Shown here: positions 45,593-56,644 of the stretch, piece after piece
How positions within the stretch are numbered: position 1 is the stretch's first letter
Layout of the letters: each line of letters begins with the position of its first letter
From: Pararhodobacter sp.
Lineage (GTDB): Bacteria; Pseudomonadota; Alphaproteobacteria; Rhodobacterales; Rhodobacteraceae
Assembly (NCBI GenBank): GCA_020832665.1
Contig: JAFIEG010000013.1
Coordinates: 414 to 64,413 of the forward strand
Direction: 5' to 3'
Length of the DNA stretch: 64,000 nt
Translations under genes and position numbers: made by a program
Notes under the pieces: generated by a model
Databases searched by the model: none
What the model was told of the DNA's origin: nothing
Seen by the model: the letters and a program-made list of their open reading frames with translations, nothing else

Positions 45593-47833
45593 CTACCCGG
45601 CCTGTTGCATGGCCCGCACCGGCGGGCATGCCTCGTCGGGGCAGTAGCGCATGATCATCTCGCTCAGCAAAGACTTGCTCAGCGGCTTCGTCAGGTAATG
45701 GTCAAGCCCCGCCGCCAGCGTATCGGCACGGTCGCTTTCCAGCGCATGGGCGGTCAGGGCCACGATCGCTATCTGCGCGCCGCCGGGCAGTTGGCGGATG
45801 GCCTTCGTGGCCTCGCGCCCATCCATTTCGGGCATCGAAATATCCATGAACACCAGATCGGGCTGATGCCGACCGAAAAGCTCGACCGCCTCGCGCCCGC
45901 TTTCGGCAACCACCAGATCGATATCGAATTCGCCAACCATCTTGGAAAACACCAGCCTGTTGGTCCTATTGTCCTCGGCCAGCAATATCCGCATTCTCCG
46001 CGCCGCGCCGCTATCGGCGCTTGCCGCGCGCGCCCGTTCCTCGTCGAAATCCGCCTCGTCACTCTCCGACGGGGAGCCAAGCCGCTGCAGCCGGCTGATC
46101 AGTTCCTGGCGCAGCACCGGTTTTTGCAGCGCGGCGAACAACTCGCGGCCACCCGGATGGTCCTGCGCCACGCCCGGGTTCGAACTGAGCAGGATGATCG
46201 GCTGTGCAAGCCCCAGAGCACGTATCCGCATGGCAAAGTCCAGCCCCCCCATTCCCGGCATTTCCTGATCGGTGATCACCAGATCCACCGGATTCCCGCC
46301 ACCTCGCTCGCCCAGAACCCTCAGCGCCTGCGCCGCTGATTCGCACAGGGTCACCTTCATCCCCTGCGCGCCCAGCTGACGCTCGAGAATGGTACGGTTG
46401 ATCAGATGGTCATCGACCACCAGCACATGCTGCACCGGTATCGGCACCTGCTCGAGCGGCGGCTGCATGCCGGCCTCGGCGAGCGGCAGAGTCAGCGAAA
46501 AGCCGAAACAGGCGCCCTGGCCCGGCTCGGATTCAACCCAGATGCGCCCCCCCATCTGCTCGATCAGGCGCCGGGTGATGGCCAGCCCCAGCCCGGTGCC
46601 CTCGAACTTGCGATTGGCCTGATCCTCGGCCTGGCTGAACTCGTCAAAGATGCGCGCCTGATAGTCGGCGGCGATGCCGATGCCGGTATCCTCGATGGTG
46701 ACATTGATCTGGAACTGCCCCTCGCCGGCCTCCACCCCGACCACACGGATCAGCACATGGCCCACTTCGGTGAATTTCACGGCGTTGCCGATGAGATTGA
46801 TGAGCACCTGACGCATGCGCCCGGGATCGGCCATGAAACGGGTGGGCAGGAACAGGTCGTAATCCATGAGCAGGTCGATGGAGCGCTTGCGCGCGCCGGC
46901 CTGCAGCAGGATCATCACCTCATGGATGCAGCGTTCGAGGTCGAAGCGCTCGGGCCTGAGCACCAGCTTGTCGGCCTCGATCTTGGAAAAGTCGAGCACG
47001 TCGTTGATGATCGCCAAGAGCGCCTCGCCCGAGCTGCGGATAGTCTCGGCATAGAGTTTCTGCTCCTCGCTCATCTCGGTGTCGCAGATCAGCTCGGCCA
47101 TGCCGACAATGCCGTTCATCGGCGTTCTGATTTCGTGGCTCATATTAGCCAGAAAGGCCGATTTGGCCCGGTTCGCGGCTTCCGCGCGCCGGCGCGCTTC
47201 GTCCAGCTCGGCCTCGTGGCGGGCGGTCTCGGTGATGTCGCGCGCAAGAACAACCAGATCGCCGCCGCGAGCGCGCCGCTCGATCAGCGATACCGTCGCC
47301 CCGCCGGTAAACTGAAGCGTCGCGGCGGGAATCGGTTTTTGCGTCAGCCGTTCCTGCATCAAGGCCACCCATTCGGCCGGTCTTGCCGCGCCCAGTTCCA
47401 CCCGCCCCTCCCAGGCGAGCAGTTCCATCAGCCGCGCATAGCCGATGCCCGGGCGCACCTCGTCGAGCCCGGAAAAGACCAGCAGGAAGGCCTGGTTGGC
47501 CACGATCAGCTTCTGCTCGCGATCAAAGACGGCAAACCCGTCACGAATCGAGTTGATCGAATCCCATAACCGGCGCTCGGCCATCACCGCGTTGCGCTGC
47601 GCGGCCTGCACCACCGCCTCGGCTTCGTCCTTCTCGCTGTTGGCTGACGCCGGAGCGGCGTCTGGCGCCGCCGCCGGCCGGGCCGCCAGTTGCTCGCGCA
47701 TGGATTCGATCTCGCGCGTGAGCATCTGGCAGCGCGCCTGCATCTCGGCGTGATCGCGCTGCGACTGCTCCAGCAAACGCTCGGCAACCAGTCGTGCACG
47801 GCGTTCCCGGGCAAGCTTGTCGAACACCGTCAT
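45593..47833 (-). CDS. Cytoplasmic hybrid sensor histidine kinase: coiled coil-PAS-HisKA-HATPase-REC-REC
   Basis: H-box ..FLANMSHEIRTPMNG... N/G boxes ..INLIGNAVKFT.., ..DTGIGI.., ..GTGLGLAI... Two receiver domains (..DLVITDQEMPGMGG.., ..DLVFMDISMPEMDG..). No hydrophobic segments. Confidence 0.85.
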   Translation of the reverse strand: MTVFDKLARERRARLVAERLLEQSQRDHAEMQARCQMLTREIESMREQLAARPAAAPDAAPASANSEKDEAEAVVQAAQRNAVMAERRLWDSINSIRDGFAVFDREQKLIVANQAFLLVFSGLDEVRPGIGYARLMELLAWEGRVELGAARPAEWVALMQERLTQKPIPAATLQFTGGATVSLIERRARGGDLVVLARDITETARHEAELDEARRRAEAANRAKSAFLANMSHEIRTPMNGIVGMAELICDTEMSEEQKLYAETIRSSGEALLAIINDVLDFSKIEADKLVLRPERFDLERCIHEVMILLQAGARKRSIDLLMDYDLFLPTRFMADPGRMRQVLINLIGNAVKFTEVGHVLIRVVGVEAGEGQFQINVTIEDTGIGIAADYQARIFDEFSQAEDQANRKFEGTGLGLAITRRLIEQMGGRIWVESEPGQGACFGFSLTLPLAEAGMQPPLEQVPIPVQHVLVVDDHLINRTILERQLGAQGMKVTLCESAAQALRVLGERGGGNPVDLVITDQEMPGMGGLDFAMRIRALGLAQPIILLSSNPGVAQDHPGGRELFAALQKPVLRQELISRLQRLGSPSESDEADFDEERARAASADSGAARRMRILLAEDNRTNRLVFSKMVGEFDIDLVVAESGREAVELFGRHQPDLVFMDISMPEMDGREATKAIRQLPGGAQIAIVALTAHALESDRADTLAAGLDHYLTKPLSKSLLSEMIMRYCPDEACPPVRAMQQAG

Positions 47834-47925
47834 GAACAGGCAAACCTCGAAACCGAATAGGAACGAGCATTGCCAGCAGAGATGAAATAACCCTTAACCG
47901 GGGCAGGATTCAGGACCGGCGGAAC

Positions 47926-47946
47926 CGGCGGGAAGCATTCCCGCCG
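47926..47946. terminator. Perfect 9-bp hairpin CGGCGGGAA-GCA-TTCCCGCCG downstream of the thiolase gene
   Basis: Seen directly at 47926-47946. No U-tract. Could also be regulatory for the kinase gene that starts at 47833. Confidence 0.3.
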
Positions 47947-47978
47947 CCACCTTGCCTTACCCGCGCAGCTTCGCGGAC

Positions 47979-49154
47979 CTACAGCCGCTCGATCGCCAGC
48001 GCGATGCCCTGGCCGCCGCCGATGCACATGGTCACCAGCGCGTAGCGGCCGCCCATGCGCTCAAGTTCATGCAGCGCCTTGACGGTCAGGATCGTACCGG
48101 TGGCCCCAACCGGGTGGCCCAGCGCGATGGCGCCGCCATTGGGGTTCACCTTCGCCGGGTCCAGCCCCAGCGCCTTGTTCACCGCCAGCGCCTGGGCGGC
48201 AAAGGCCTCGTTCGATTCGATGACATCAAAATCGTCCACCGTCAGGCCAGTGCGCGCGCAAAGTTGCTCGACCGCCGGCACCGGGCCGATGCCCATCACC
48301 TCTGGCCGCACACCGGCCACGGCATAGCCCACAAGCCGCGCGCGCGGCTTCAGCCCGGCCTTTTCGGCGGCCGATGCGCGCGCCAGCACCACCGCCGCTG
48401 CGCCGTCATTGATGCCGCTGGCATTGCCCGCTGTCACCGAGCCGCCCTTCTGGAAGGCGGGCCGGAGCCCGGCCAGAGCCTCGGCCGTGGTCTGCTTGGG
48501 GTGTTCGTCGGTATCGAACGCCACCTCGCCCTTGCGCGTCTTCAGCGTGAAGGGCGCGATCTGCTCGGCGAACCGGCCTTCGGCGATGGCGCGCGCGGCG
48601 CGGGTCTGGCTTTCCAGTGCGAAGGCGTCCTGCTCCTCGCGGCTGATCTGGTGTTCGGCGGCGACATTTTCCGCCGTTACGCCCATATGGCCGGTACCGA
48701 AGGGACAGGTCAGCGCGCCCAGCATCATGTCCTGCACCGCCGCATCGCCCATCTTCTGGCCGAAACGCGCGGCGGGGATGATATAGGGCATGCGGCTCAT
48801 GCTCTCGGCGCCGCCGGCGAGCGCGAAATCGGCATCTCCCAGCATCAGCGCCTGTGCCGCCGACACCACCGCCTGCGCGCCCGAGCCGCACAGCCGGTTG
48901 ACATTCATCGCCGGCGTGCTGTCGGGAATACCCGCCTGCATCGCTGCCACCCGGCTGAGATAGGCATCGCGCGGCTCGGTATTGCCGACATGGCCGAACA
49001 CGACCGTGCCCACCTGCGCCGCCTCGACTCCGGCGCGCGCCAGCGCCACTTTCGTGACATGGGTGGCAAGCTCTGACAGCGGCGTGCCCGATAGCGAGCC
49101 GCCAAAGGTGCCAATGGCGCTGCGCGCGCCGCCTAGAATGACGATATCTTCCAT
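47979..49154 (-). CDS. Acetyl-CoA C-acetyltransferase (thiolase II)
   Basis: [21 protein letters not shown].., active-site ..[11 protein letters not shown].., C-terminal ..CIGGGQGIA... Confidence 0.9.
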   Translation of the reverse strand: MEDIVILGGARSAIGTFGGSLSGTPLSELATHVTKVALARAGVEAAQVGTVVFGHVGNTEPRDAYLSRVAAMQAGIPDSTPAMNVNRLCGSGAQAVVSAAQALMLGDADFALAGGAESMSRMPYIIPAARFGQKMGDAAVQDMMLGALTCPFGTGHMGVTAENVAAEHQISREEQDAFALESQTRAARAIAEGRFAEQIAPFTLKTRKGEVAFDTDEHPKQTTAEALAGLRPAFQKGGSVTAGNASGINDGAAAVVLARASAAEKAGLKPRARLVGYAVAGVRPEVMGIGPVPAVEQLCARTGLTVDDFDVIESNEAFAAQALAVNKALGLDPAKVNPNGGAIALGHPVGATGTILTVKALHELERMGGRYALVTMCIGGGQGIALAIERL

Positions 49155-49327
49155 ATTCCCTGCCCTTTCGCTGGAATGTCCATCTCTCTATAGCCGCCCC
49201 CCGCCGGCAGCGAAAGAACCGCCCGCCCCCGGATGACGCGGCGTTGCAGAAACCACGGGGGTAGCCGTGGCTGAACGACAAGGAGCGCCCTGTTCGCGCC
49301 CGCTGGCCTGCCCCCGAGAACCTGTCT

Positions 49328-51586
49328 TCAACGATGCCGCCGATCGGCCTTGCGCCGCGCGCGCGCCTTCGCCGCCTTGGCCCCGGCGCCGCGCCGCACC
49401 GGGCCGCGGCCCCGGCCCTTGCCGCCCCCCCGCGCCAGCGCCTCGCCTTCGACCTCAAGCAATTCCAGCAGCAAGCCCCCGGTCACCGCCTCGGCCTCGG
49501 CCAACTTCACGCGCACGCGCTGGCCCAGCGAAAAAACCTGGCCCGAGCGCTCGCCCGTCAGCGTCTGCGCTTCCTTGTCGTGGCGGTAATACTCGTCGCC
49601 CAGCGCGCGCATCGGCACCAGCCCGTCGGCTCCGGTCTCGTCGAGCCGCACGAACAGCCCGAAGCGCGCCACGCCCGAGATGCGCCCGTCGAATTCCGCC
49701 CCAACGCGGTCGGCAAGAAAGGCGGCGAGGTAGCGGTCCACCGTGTCGCGCTCGGCGGCCATCGAGCGGCGTTCGGCCTGCGAGATCAGCACCGCCGTCT
49801 CGCCCAGCCGCTCGACATCGGCGCCCAGCAACCCGTCGGCGCGCGCATCGGGCCCCCAGCGATGCGCCGTGATCAGTGCCCGATGCACCACCAGATCCGA
49901 ATAGCGCCGGATGGGCGAGGTGAAATGCGCATAGTTGCGCAAGGCCAGCCCGAAATGGCCCAGATTGTCGGGGCTGTAATAGGCCTGGGTCATCGAGCGC
50001 AGCGTCGCCATGTTGATCAACTCGTCGAATTCGCTGCCCTCGGCCTGCGCCAGAAGCGCATTCAGATGCCGGGTCTTGAGCACCTGCCCCCTGGCCAGCG
50101 TGAAGCCCGAATTTACGGCAATCTCGCGCAGCGCCTCGATCTTCTCGGGCGAGGGCTCTTCATGCACCCGAAACAACAGCGGCGAGCGCCGCGCGATCAG
50201 TTCCTCGGCGGCGGCGACATTGGCCTGCACCATGAATTCCTCGATCAACCGATGCGCATCGAGGCGCTCGCGAAACGCCACCGATTCAACCTTGCCCTCA
50301 TCCGACAGCACGATACGCCGCTCTGGCAGATCCAGATCCAGCGGCTGGCGCTGTTCACGCGCAGTCACCGTTGCCTTCCAGGCGGCGAAGAGATCGCCCA
50401 GCATGTCGGCCAGGGGCTCGGTCGCGCCGTCATGGCGGCCCTCGAAAGCTGCCTGCGCCTGAGCATAGCTCAACGAGGCCTTTGAGCGCATCATGGCGCG
50501 CGTGAAGCGATGCGCGATCTTGTGGCCATGGGCATCGAAGACCATGCGCACCGCCACCACCGCGCGTGCTTCGCCATCGCGCAGCGAGCACAGATCGGCC
50601 GACAGCCGCTCGGGCAGCATCGGCACCACGCGATCGGGGAAATAGGTGGAATTGCCGCGCTTGCGCGCCTCGCGATCGAGCGCCGAGCCGGGGCGGATGT
50701 AATGCGCTACATCGGCAATCGCCACCCAAACCACGAAACCGCCGGGATTGGCCTTGTCATTGTCGCGCAGCGCGCAAACCGCGTCGTCATGATCGCGCGC
50801 ATCCGACGGGTCGATGGTGACGAGCGGCAATTCGCACAGATCCTCACGGCCATCCATCGCCGCCGGCGCCATCGCCTCGGCCTCGTCCAGCACCGCATCG
50901 GGGAACTCATCGGGAATGCCATGCTGGTGAATGGCGATCAGCGACACCGAACGCGGCGCCGACGGATCGCCCAGCACCGCCAGAACCCGCGCCCGCGGCA
51001 GGCCCAGCTTCGGCGGCGCCGCCTGCTCGGCCTCGACCAGCTCGCCGTCAGAAGCGCCCCTGGTTTCGGCGGCGGCCACCCGCCACTCCAGATCAGCGCC
51101 CTTGTCGATGGCCAGAATCCGCCCGCCCTCGGCGCCGGCACGGAAAATGCCCAGAAAGCGCCTCGGCCCGCTCTCGAGCTTGCGAATGACGCGCGCCTGA
51201 TAATCGTGATCGGCGTCGCGCACCTGCATCAGCTTGGCAAGGATGCGATCCCCCTCGCCCAGCGCCGGGTCCGAGGCGCGCGTCACCACCAGAATCCGCG
51301 GCGCGGCCTCGCCCTCGGGCCAATCGCGCGGGCGCGCGAACAGATCGCCCGAGCCATCGGGCGCCAGCACGTCAAGCAGTGTCACCGGCGGCAACCCTGC
51401 GCGCCGCCCGCCGCGCCGGCGCGGCGCGATCATCCCCTCATCGGCCATCTCGGCCAGAAGCGCCTTCAACTCGCGCCGCGCGCCGCCCTTCAGACCGAAG
51501 GCGCGCGCGATTTCGCGCAACCCGTCGGCCCCGGGGTTCTCTGCCATCCAGTCGCGGATTTCTTCTTTCGTGGGTATCCTGTCCAT
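49328..51586 (-). CDS. rnr: Ribonuclease R
   Basis: 752 aa. RNB motifs ..TIDPSDARDHDDAV.. and ..HFGLA...YAHFTSPIRRY.DL..HR... S1 domain and basic C-terminal tail. Confidence 0.9.
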   Translation of the reverse strand: MDRIPTKEEIRDWMAENPGADGLREIARAFGLKGGARRELKALLAEMADEGMIAPRRRGGRRAGLPPVTLLDVLAPDGSGDLFARPRDWPEGEAAPRILVVTRASDPALGEGDRILAKLMQVRDADHDYQARVIRKLESGPRRFLGIFRAGAEGGRILAIDKGADLEWRVAAAETRGASDGELVEAEQAAPPKLGLPRARVLAVLGDPSAPRSVSLIAIHQHGIPDEFPDAVLDEAEAMAPAAMDGREDLCELPLVTIDPSDARDHDDAVCALRDNDKANPGGFVVWVAIADVAHYIRPGSALDREARKRGNSTYFPDRVVPMLPERLSADLCSLRDGEARAVVAVRMVFDAHGHKIAHRFTRAMMRSKASLSYAQAQAAFEGRHDGATEPLADMLGDLFAAWKATVTAREQRQPLDLDLPERRIVLSDEGKVESVAFRERLDAHRLIEEFMVQANVAAAEELIARRSPLLFRVHEEPSPEKIEALREIAVNSGFTLARGQVLKTRHLNALLAQAEGSEFDELINMATLRSMTQAYYSPDNLGHFGLALRNYAHFTSPIRRYSDLVVHRALITAHRWGPDARADGLLGADVERLGETAVLISQAERRSMAAERDTVDRYLAAFLADRVGAEFDGRISGVARFGLFVRLDETGADGLVPMRALGDEYYRHDKEAQTLTGERSGQVFSLGQRVRVKLAEAEAVTGGLLLELLEVEGEALARGGGKGRGRGPVRRGAGAKAAKARARRKADRRHR

Positions 51587-51639
51587 GCCCGCGCGCTATC
51601 ACGCCCTCGCGCCCGCGTCACCGGCTTTCTGCCCGCAAT

Positions 51640-51711
51640 CGCGCCCGCTTCATCTTGCCTGCAATACGCCGGGGGAAGTCACGCGCAGCGTGACGGGGGG
51701 CAGCGCCCCCC
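51640..51711 (+). repeat. Family B intergenic element
   Basis: CGCCCGCTTCATCTTGCCTGCAATACGCCGGGGGAA-GTCACGC-GCA-GCGTGAC-GGGGGGC-AGC-GCCCCCC. Lies between dapE and rnr. Confidence 0.8.
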
Positions 51712-51733
51712 TGCCCCGCCGCGCAGCAGCGCC

Positions 51734-52897
51734 TCAGGCGAAATAGGCCCGCAACAGCCGCAGATAGACCGCTTTCAACTGCCGGATATGCTCGATCTCG
51801 GCATGCTCGTCGATCTGGTGCATCGACTGCCCGACCAGCCCGAACTCGACCACCGGGCAATGCGCCCGGATGAAGCGCGCATCCGATGTCCCGCCCGAGG
51901 TCGAAAGCTTGGGCCTCACCCCGCATTCGGCCTCGACGGCGGCGGTCACCAGATCGGTGAACCGGCCCGGCTCGGTGACGAAGGCCTCGCCGGAAACCTT
52001 GACCTCCATCGCGAAATCGATGCCGCTCCCGGCCCCGGCGCGTGCCAGCTCGTCCTGCAGCCAGCCTGTCAGGCTTTCGCCGCTATGCAGATCGTTGAAG
52101 CGGATGTTGAGCGCCGCTTCGGCGCGGGCCGGAATCACATTCGTCGCCGCATTGCCGGTGTCGATGCTGGTCAGCGCCAGGCTCGACGGCTCGAAGCGCT
52201 CGTTGCCCTCGTCCAGCCGGTGCCGCGCCAGCCGGTCGAGCAGCGCCACCAGCGCCGGCAGCGGGTTCCGCGCCCGGTGCGGATAGGCCGAATGCCCCTG
52301 CACCCCGTGCGCCACGATCCGCGCATTGAGTGAGCCGCGGCGGCCGATCTTGATCATCTCGCCCATCACCTCGGGGCAGGTCGGCTCGCCCACCAGGCAA
52401 TGGCTCATGCGCTCGCCCTCGGCCTCCATCCAGTCAATCAGCGCGCGCGTGCCGTCGATGGCCTCGCCCTCCTCGTCGCCGGTAATGGCCAGGATCACCG
52501 CGCCGTCCTCGAGCCCGTCGGCGGGGCATTCGCGCGCGAAATCGATCGCTGCCGCGGCAAAGGCCGCCACGCCCGATTTCATGTCGCAGGCCCCGCGCCC
52601 CCACAGCCGGCCGCCATCTATGTTGCCGGCGAAGGGATCGAAACGCCAGGCGCCGATATCACCGGGCGGCACCACATCCGTATGGCCATTGAAGCCGAAG
52701 CCGCGCGCCGCGCCGCGTCTGCCCAGCCGGGCAAAGAGATTGGCCACCCCGCCCCTGTCCACGCGCCGGCAGTCGAAGCCCGCCGCCGCCAGCTTTTCCT
52801 GCAGCAGTTCGAGCGCCCCGCCCTCTTCGGGCGTTACCGACGGGCAGCGCACGAGTTGCGCGCTCAACGCGACCGGATCGGTGGCATCGCTGGTCAT
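51734..52897 (-). CDS. dapE: Succinyl-diaminopimelate desuccinylase
   Basis: 387 aa M20 peptidase. ..GHTDVVPPG.., ..[10 protein letters not shown].., ..ITGDEEG... Typical DapE length and termini. Confidence 0.9.
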   Translation of the reverse strand: MTSDATDPVALSAQLVRCPSVTPEEGGALELLQEKLAAAGFDCRRVDRGGVANLFARLGRRGAARGFGFNGHTDVVPPGDIGAWRFDPFAGNIDGGRLWGRGACDMKSGVAAFAAAAIDFARECPADGLEDGAVILAITGDEEGEAIDGTRALIDWMEAEGERMSHCLVGEPTCPEVMGEMIKIGRRGSLNARIVAHGVQGHSAYPHRARNPLPALVALLDRLARHRLDEGNERFEPSSLALTSIDTGNAATNVIPARAEAALNIRFNDLHSGESLTGWLQDELARAGAGSGIDFAMEVKVSGEAFVTEPGRFTDLVTAAVEAECGVRPKLSTSGGTSDARFIRAHCPVVEFGLVGQSMHQIDEHAEIEHIRQLKAVYLRLLRAYFA

Positions 52898-53175
52898 GAC
52901 TATCCTCTCGCGACGACGGGGCGGCCCCCGGCCATGGCGGTGCTACCGCGCCGGGCCAGACGAAACAAGCAGGCCGAACACGCTACCGGGCGACGAGGCC
53001 CTCTGACACATGATTGACCGATTGACAGCAGGCCGAATCCACGCACAATTCATCTTATGGTTGTGTTTTTGCCCTTATATCGCCCCAAACAGCCGACTAT
53101 TTTATATGAAACAAGGCAAACGAAGTACCCGGCGCGGGCTCAAGGCACGGGCAAAGGGGAATCGAAAGAATTGAA

Positions 53176-55479
53176 ATGACACGGCAAGTGAACGATGCTG
53201 GCGAGGACGCAATGGCGACGATGCCGACCATGGAAACCGAAAACATCACCAACGAGACGCGGCTGACGCGCATTCAGGCGATCGTCGTCGAGATCCTGAA
53301 TGATCTCTTGCGTGCGCCGATCGACGAGACCGATGCCGCCATCGACCGCGCCATCGCCCGCATCGGCACCTATTGCCTGCGCGATCGTGCCTATGTGTTC
53401 GTCAATGGCGAGGGTTGCACCTCGAACACGCATGAATGGTGCGCCGAAGGAATTGATCCGGCCATCGACCAGTTGCAGGAACTGCCGTGGGAGCTTTACG
53501 GCCCCATCTACGACACGCTCCATGCTGGCCAGACCTTCCATGTGCCCGACGTATCGGCGCTCGAGCCCGGCTCACCCACCCGCGAATCGCTAGAAGAGCA
53601 GGAAATCCGCTCCATCATTATGGTGCCGATGCATTGGGACGGCCGGTTTTATGGCATTCTCGGCTTCGACGGGGTGCATAATACCCATGCCTTTCTGCCC
53701 GGCGAAATCTATCTGCTGCGTTCGGTGGCCGATGTCATCTGCTCGGTGCTGACACGGCGCGACAGCGACCGCGCCATGCGCAAGGCGCAAGACGCGCTTA
53801 CCGGAGAGCGCGCGTTTCTCGAAAGCATCCTGACGACTTCGGCCATGGGCATGCTGGTGATGGACGATGCCGGCACGGTCAGTTTTGCCAACGAGGCCGC
53901 GGCGGCGCTGCTGGGCACTTCTGCCGCCTCGCTTACGGGGATGCACCACACCGCCCTGCACGATTGGCTCGAGCCCGCCGATGAGTGCGATGAGAGTCCT
54001 GCCGACAAGGAAGAACGCGCGCCGGTCGCACTTGTCGATGCAAAGGCACTGGGCGGGGAAACGCCCTTCGAGATGGTCAAGCGCAGCGGCGGGCCGGTCA
54101 GCGATATCCGCTTTGCGCTGAAACATGGCGAGGGGCCGCCCCGCTACTGCGCCATTCATGCCGCCTCTGTTCGGGGCCAGCGCAGGGATGCGCGCGTCGT
54201 CTATGCGTTGCTCGATGTTACCGAGCAGGTCACGGCCGAGCGCACGCGCGAGGCAGCGCTGGATGAAGCGCGCCGCGCCAATCTGGCGAAAAGCCAGTTC
54301 CTGGCCAAGATGAGCCACGAGATGCGCACCCCGCTCAACGGCGTTCTCGGCATCGCCGAGGTGCTCGACCGGCTGGTCGACGACCCCGATCAGCGCCGCA
54401 TGGTCAAGATGATGCATGATTCGGGCTCGCTGCTTCTCAACATCATCAACGATCTGCTGGACATGTCGAAGATCGAGGCCGACCGCCTGGCCATCGAGCA
54501 GGTGCCATTCGACATGAACGAGCTGGCACAGCGCGTGGAGGCGGTGCATACGCTCAAGGCCGCCGAAAAGGCGCTGTCCTTCGCCGTCACCCTCAATGGC
54601 AAGGAGCAGGCGCTGCGCCTGGGCGATCCGTATCGCCTGCTTCAGATCCTGCACAACGTTATCGGCAATGCGGTCAAGTTCACCCCATCCGGCACGGTGC
54701 GGGTAAGCATGGATTGTTCCGATCCGTCGCGGGTGCAGATCATGGTGAGCGATACCGGCATCGGCATGACCGTCGAGCAGCAAACCCAGGTGTTCGAGGA
54801 ATTCGGCCAGGCCGATGGCAGCATCGCGCGCAAATTCGGCGGCACCGGACTGGGCATGCCGATTGTCCGGCGGCTGGTCGAGATGATGGGCGGCAGTATC
54901 GGCATCGACTCGGCGCCCGGCAAGGGCACGCAGGTAATCATATCGCTTCCTCTGGCGGTGCTGGCCGAAGGTACCAACATGCCCGCCGCACCCGCGATCG
55001 ACGAACACGAACTTGACGGGCTGCGCGTGCTCGCCGCCGATGACAACCGCACCAACCTGATGATCCTGGGTGCCATGCTGGGCCAGCTTGGCGTCACCTC
55101 GACGCTTACCCCGGACGGACCGACCGCGCTGGATGCCTTTGAACGCGAGAATTTCGACGCCGTCATCCTCGACATCTCGATGCCCGAGATGGACGGGGTG
55201 GAGGTGCTCAAGGAAATCCGCAAGCGCGAATACGGCAGCGGCCGGCGCATTCCGGTGCTGGCTTTCACCGCCAATGCCATGTCGCATCAGGTGGAAGCCT
55301 ATCTTCAGGCCGGCTTCGACGATTGCCTGACCAAGCCGCTGCATATCGAGCGGCTGCGCTCGGCGTTGGGAGCGATTTTCTCACGCGCCAACGGCGCATC
55401 GGCCGCGCGACTTGCCAGCGGCGAAAAGGCACCGCCCGATCAGCCGCTTCGCGCCGCAGGTCGCTTTCGGCTGGTCTGA
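53176..55479 (+). CDS. Cytoplasmic hybrid sensor histidine kinase: GAF-PAS-HisKA-HATPase-REC
   Basis: GAF-like N-terminus (..IRSIIMVPMHWDGRFYGILGFD..), PAS. H-box ..FLAKMSHEMRTPLNG... ..NVIGNAVKFT.., ..GTGLGMPIV... Receiver ..DAVILDISMPEMDG... Confidence 0.85.
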   Translation: MTRQVNDAGEDAMATMPTMETENITNETRLTRIQAIVVEILNDLLRAPIDETDAAIDRAIARIGTYCLRDRAYVFVNGEGCTSNTHEWCAEGIDPAIDQLQELPWELYGPIYDTLHAGQTFHVPDVSALEPGSPTRESLEEQEIRSIIMVPMHWDGRFYGILGFDGVHNTHAFLPGEIYLLRSVADVICSVLTRRDSDRAMRKAQDALTGERAFLESILTTSAMGMLVMDDAGTVSFANEAAAALLGTSAASLTGMHHTALHDWLEPADECDESPADKEERAPVALVDAKALGGETPFEMVKRSGGPVSDIRFALKHGEGPPRYCAIHAASVRGQRRDARVVYALLDVTEQVTAERTREAALDEARRANLAKSQFLAKMSHEMRTPLNGVLGIAEVLDRLVDDPDQRRMVKMMHDSGSLLLNIINDLLDMSKIEADRLAIEQVPFDMNELAQRVEAVHTLKAAEKALSFAVTLNGKEQALRLGDPYRLLQILHNVIGNAVKFTPSGTVRVSMDCSDPSRVQIMVSDTGIGMTVEQQTQVFEEFGQADGSIARKFGGTGLGMPIVRRLVEMMGGSIGIDSAPGKGTQVIISLPLAVLAEGTNMPAAPAIDEHELDGLRVLAADDNRTNLMILGAMLGQLGVTSTLTPDGPTALDAFERENFDAVILDISMPEMDGVEVLKEIRKREYGSGRRIPVLAFTANAMSHQVEAYLQAGFDDCLTKPLHIERLRSALGAIFSRANGASAARLASGEKAPPDQPLRAAGRFRLV

Positions 55480-55709
55480 AAGGTCGCTACCCGCAAGACA
55501 GGAAAAAAGGCCCGCGAAACCGAAGGGCTTTCCTTCACCGCAATCCTTCGATGGAGGTTGCAGGTGTGACGGCGTAACCACCTGCTCAAGCGACCGAATT
55601 CAGCAATCAACAAGACCTGCCCAGCAGAGGGGAAAGCATCCATCCGAGCGGGCAGACATAGGATTGCGGCACCGGCCGCCCGGGCCTTGTGCCCCTGACG
55701 CCAATGCCG

Positions 55710-56552
55710 TCAGCCGCGCTCGTTCCCTTCCCGCTCTGTTCGTTCGGCATGATCGCTGATCGCCGCGACCGCCTCTTCCGCGGTTTCGACAAAGCTGAAA
55801 AGCGACAGATCCTCGGGCGAAATTGTGCCGGCCTCGGCCAACGCCTGCCAGTTGATCACCTTCTCCCAGAAGCTGCGCCCGAAAAGCAGGAAGGGGATGC
55901 GCTTCATGCGCCTTGTCTGGATAAGTGTCAGCGATTCGAACAGCTCGTCCAGCGTGCCGAAGCCGCCCGGAAAGACGGTGACCGCCTCGGCGCGCATCAG
56001 GAAATGCATCTTGCGGATGGCGAAATAGTGAAAGTTGAAGCTCAGTTCCGGGGTCACCCAGGCGTTGGGCGCCTGCTCATGCGGCAAGACAATGTTAAGC
56101 CCGACCGAGATGCCGCCAGCCTCGGCCGCGCCGCGATTGCCCGCCTCCATCACGCCGGGGCCACCACCGGTGACGATGACATGCTCGCGGCAGCCCTTTT
56201 CAACGCTTTTCAGCGTCATCAGCCGCGCGAATTCCTGCGCCTGGTCGTAATAGGCCGATAACGCGGACAGCCCCGCCGGGGCGTTGGCCGCCGCCGCCGG
56301 CGCCGGTATGCGCGCGCCGCCGAACATCACCACCGTCGAATTGATCTCGCGCTCGGCCATCATCAGCTCGGGCTTGAGCAGCTCCAGCTGCAGCCGCACC
56401 GGCCTGAGTTCGTCGCGCATGAGGAAATCGGCATCGGCAAAGGCCAGCCGATAGGCCGGGCTGCGCGTTTGCGGCGTGTCCGGCGCTCCGCGCCATGCGC
56501 GCAGATCCTGTTCGGCATCAGGAAAGGGGCGGTAACGCGGTTTGTCTGTCAT
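55710..56552 (-). CDS. LOG-family / TIGR00730 Rossmann-fold nucleotide-binding protein
   Basis: ..[12 protein letters not shown].. and ..[13 protein letters not shown].. motifs. Start proposed at ATG 56552 (MTDKPRY..), 7 nt after GAGGA. The ORF track's longest form starts at GTG 56582. Confidence 0.8.
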   Translation of the reverse strand: MTDKPRYRPFPDAEQDLRAWRGAPDTPQTRSPAYRLAFADADFLMRDELRPVRLQLELLKPELMMAEREINSTVVMFGGARIPAPAAAANAPAGLSALSAYYDQAQEFARLMTLKSVEKGCREHVIVTGGGPGVMEAGNRGAAEAGGISVGLNIVLPHEQAPNAWVTPELSFNFHYFAIRKMHFLMRAEAVTVFPGGFGTLDELFESLTLIQTRRMKRIPFLLFGRSFWEKVINWQALAEAGTISPEDLSLFSFVETAEEAVAAISDHAERTEREGNERG

Positions 56553-56644
56553 GCACTGATCCTCTGGCTGCATTGCCTGCACGGGCGGCTGAGGCTATAG
56601 CCTCACCCAGCCCGAGACCAGAGCCCAAGCACAGGAAACACCCC

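Noticed and set aside
46176-46184. GGGTTCGAA, a T-arm-like motif that could hint at a tRNA.
   Set aside because: It lies inside the hybrid kinase coding frame, and no acceptor or anticodon arms can be folded around it. I found no tRNA or rRNA in the window.
55507-55538. Weak hairpin AAGGCCC...GGGCTTT followed by CCTTC after the GAF-PAS kinase gene, considered as an intrinsic terminator.
   Set aside because: The stem is only 7 bp with a G:U pair and an 11-nt loop, and the U-tract is poor. This is not enough support to annotate it.
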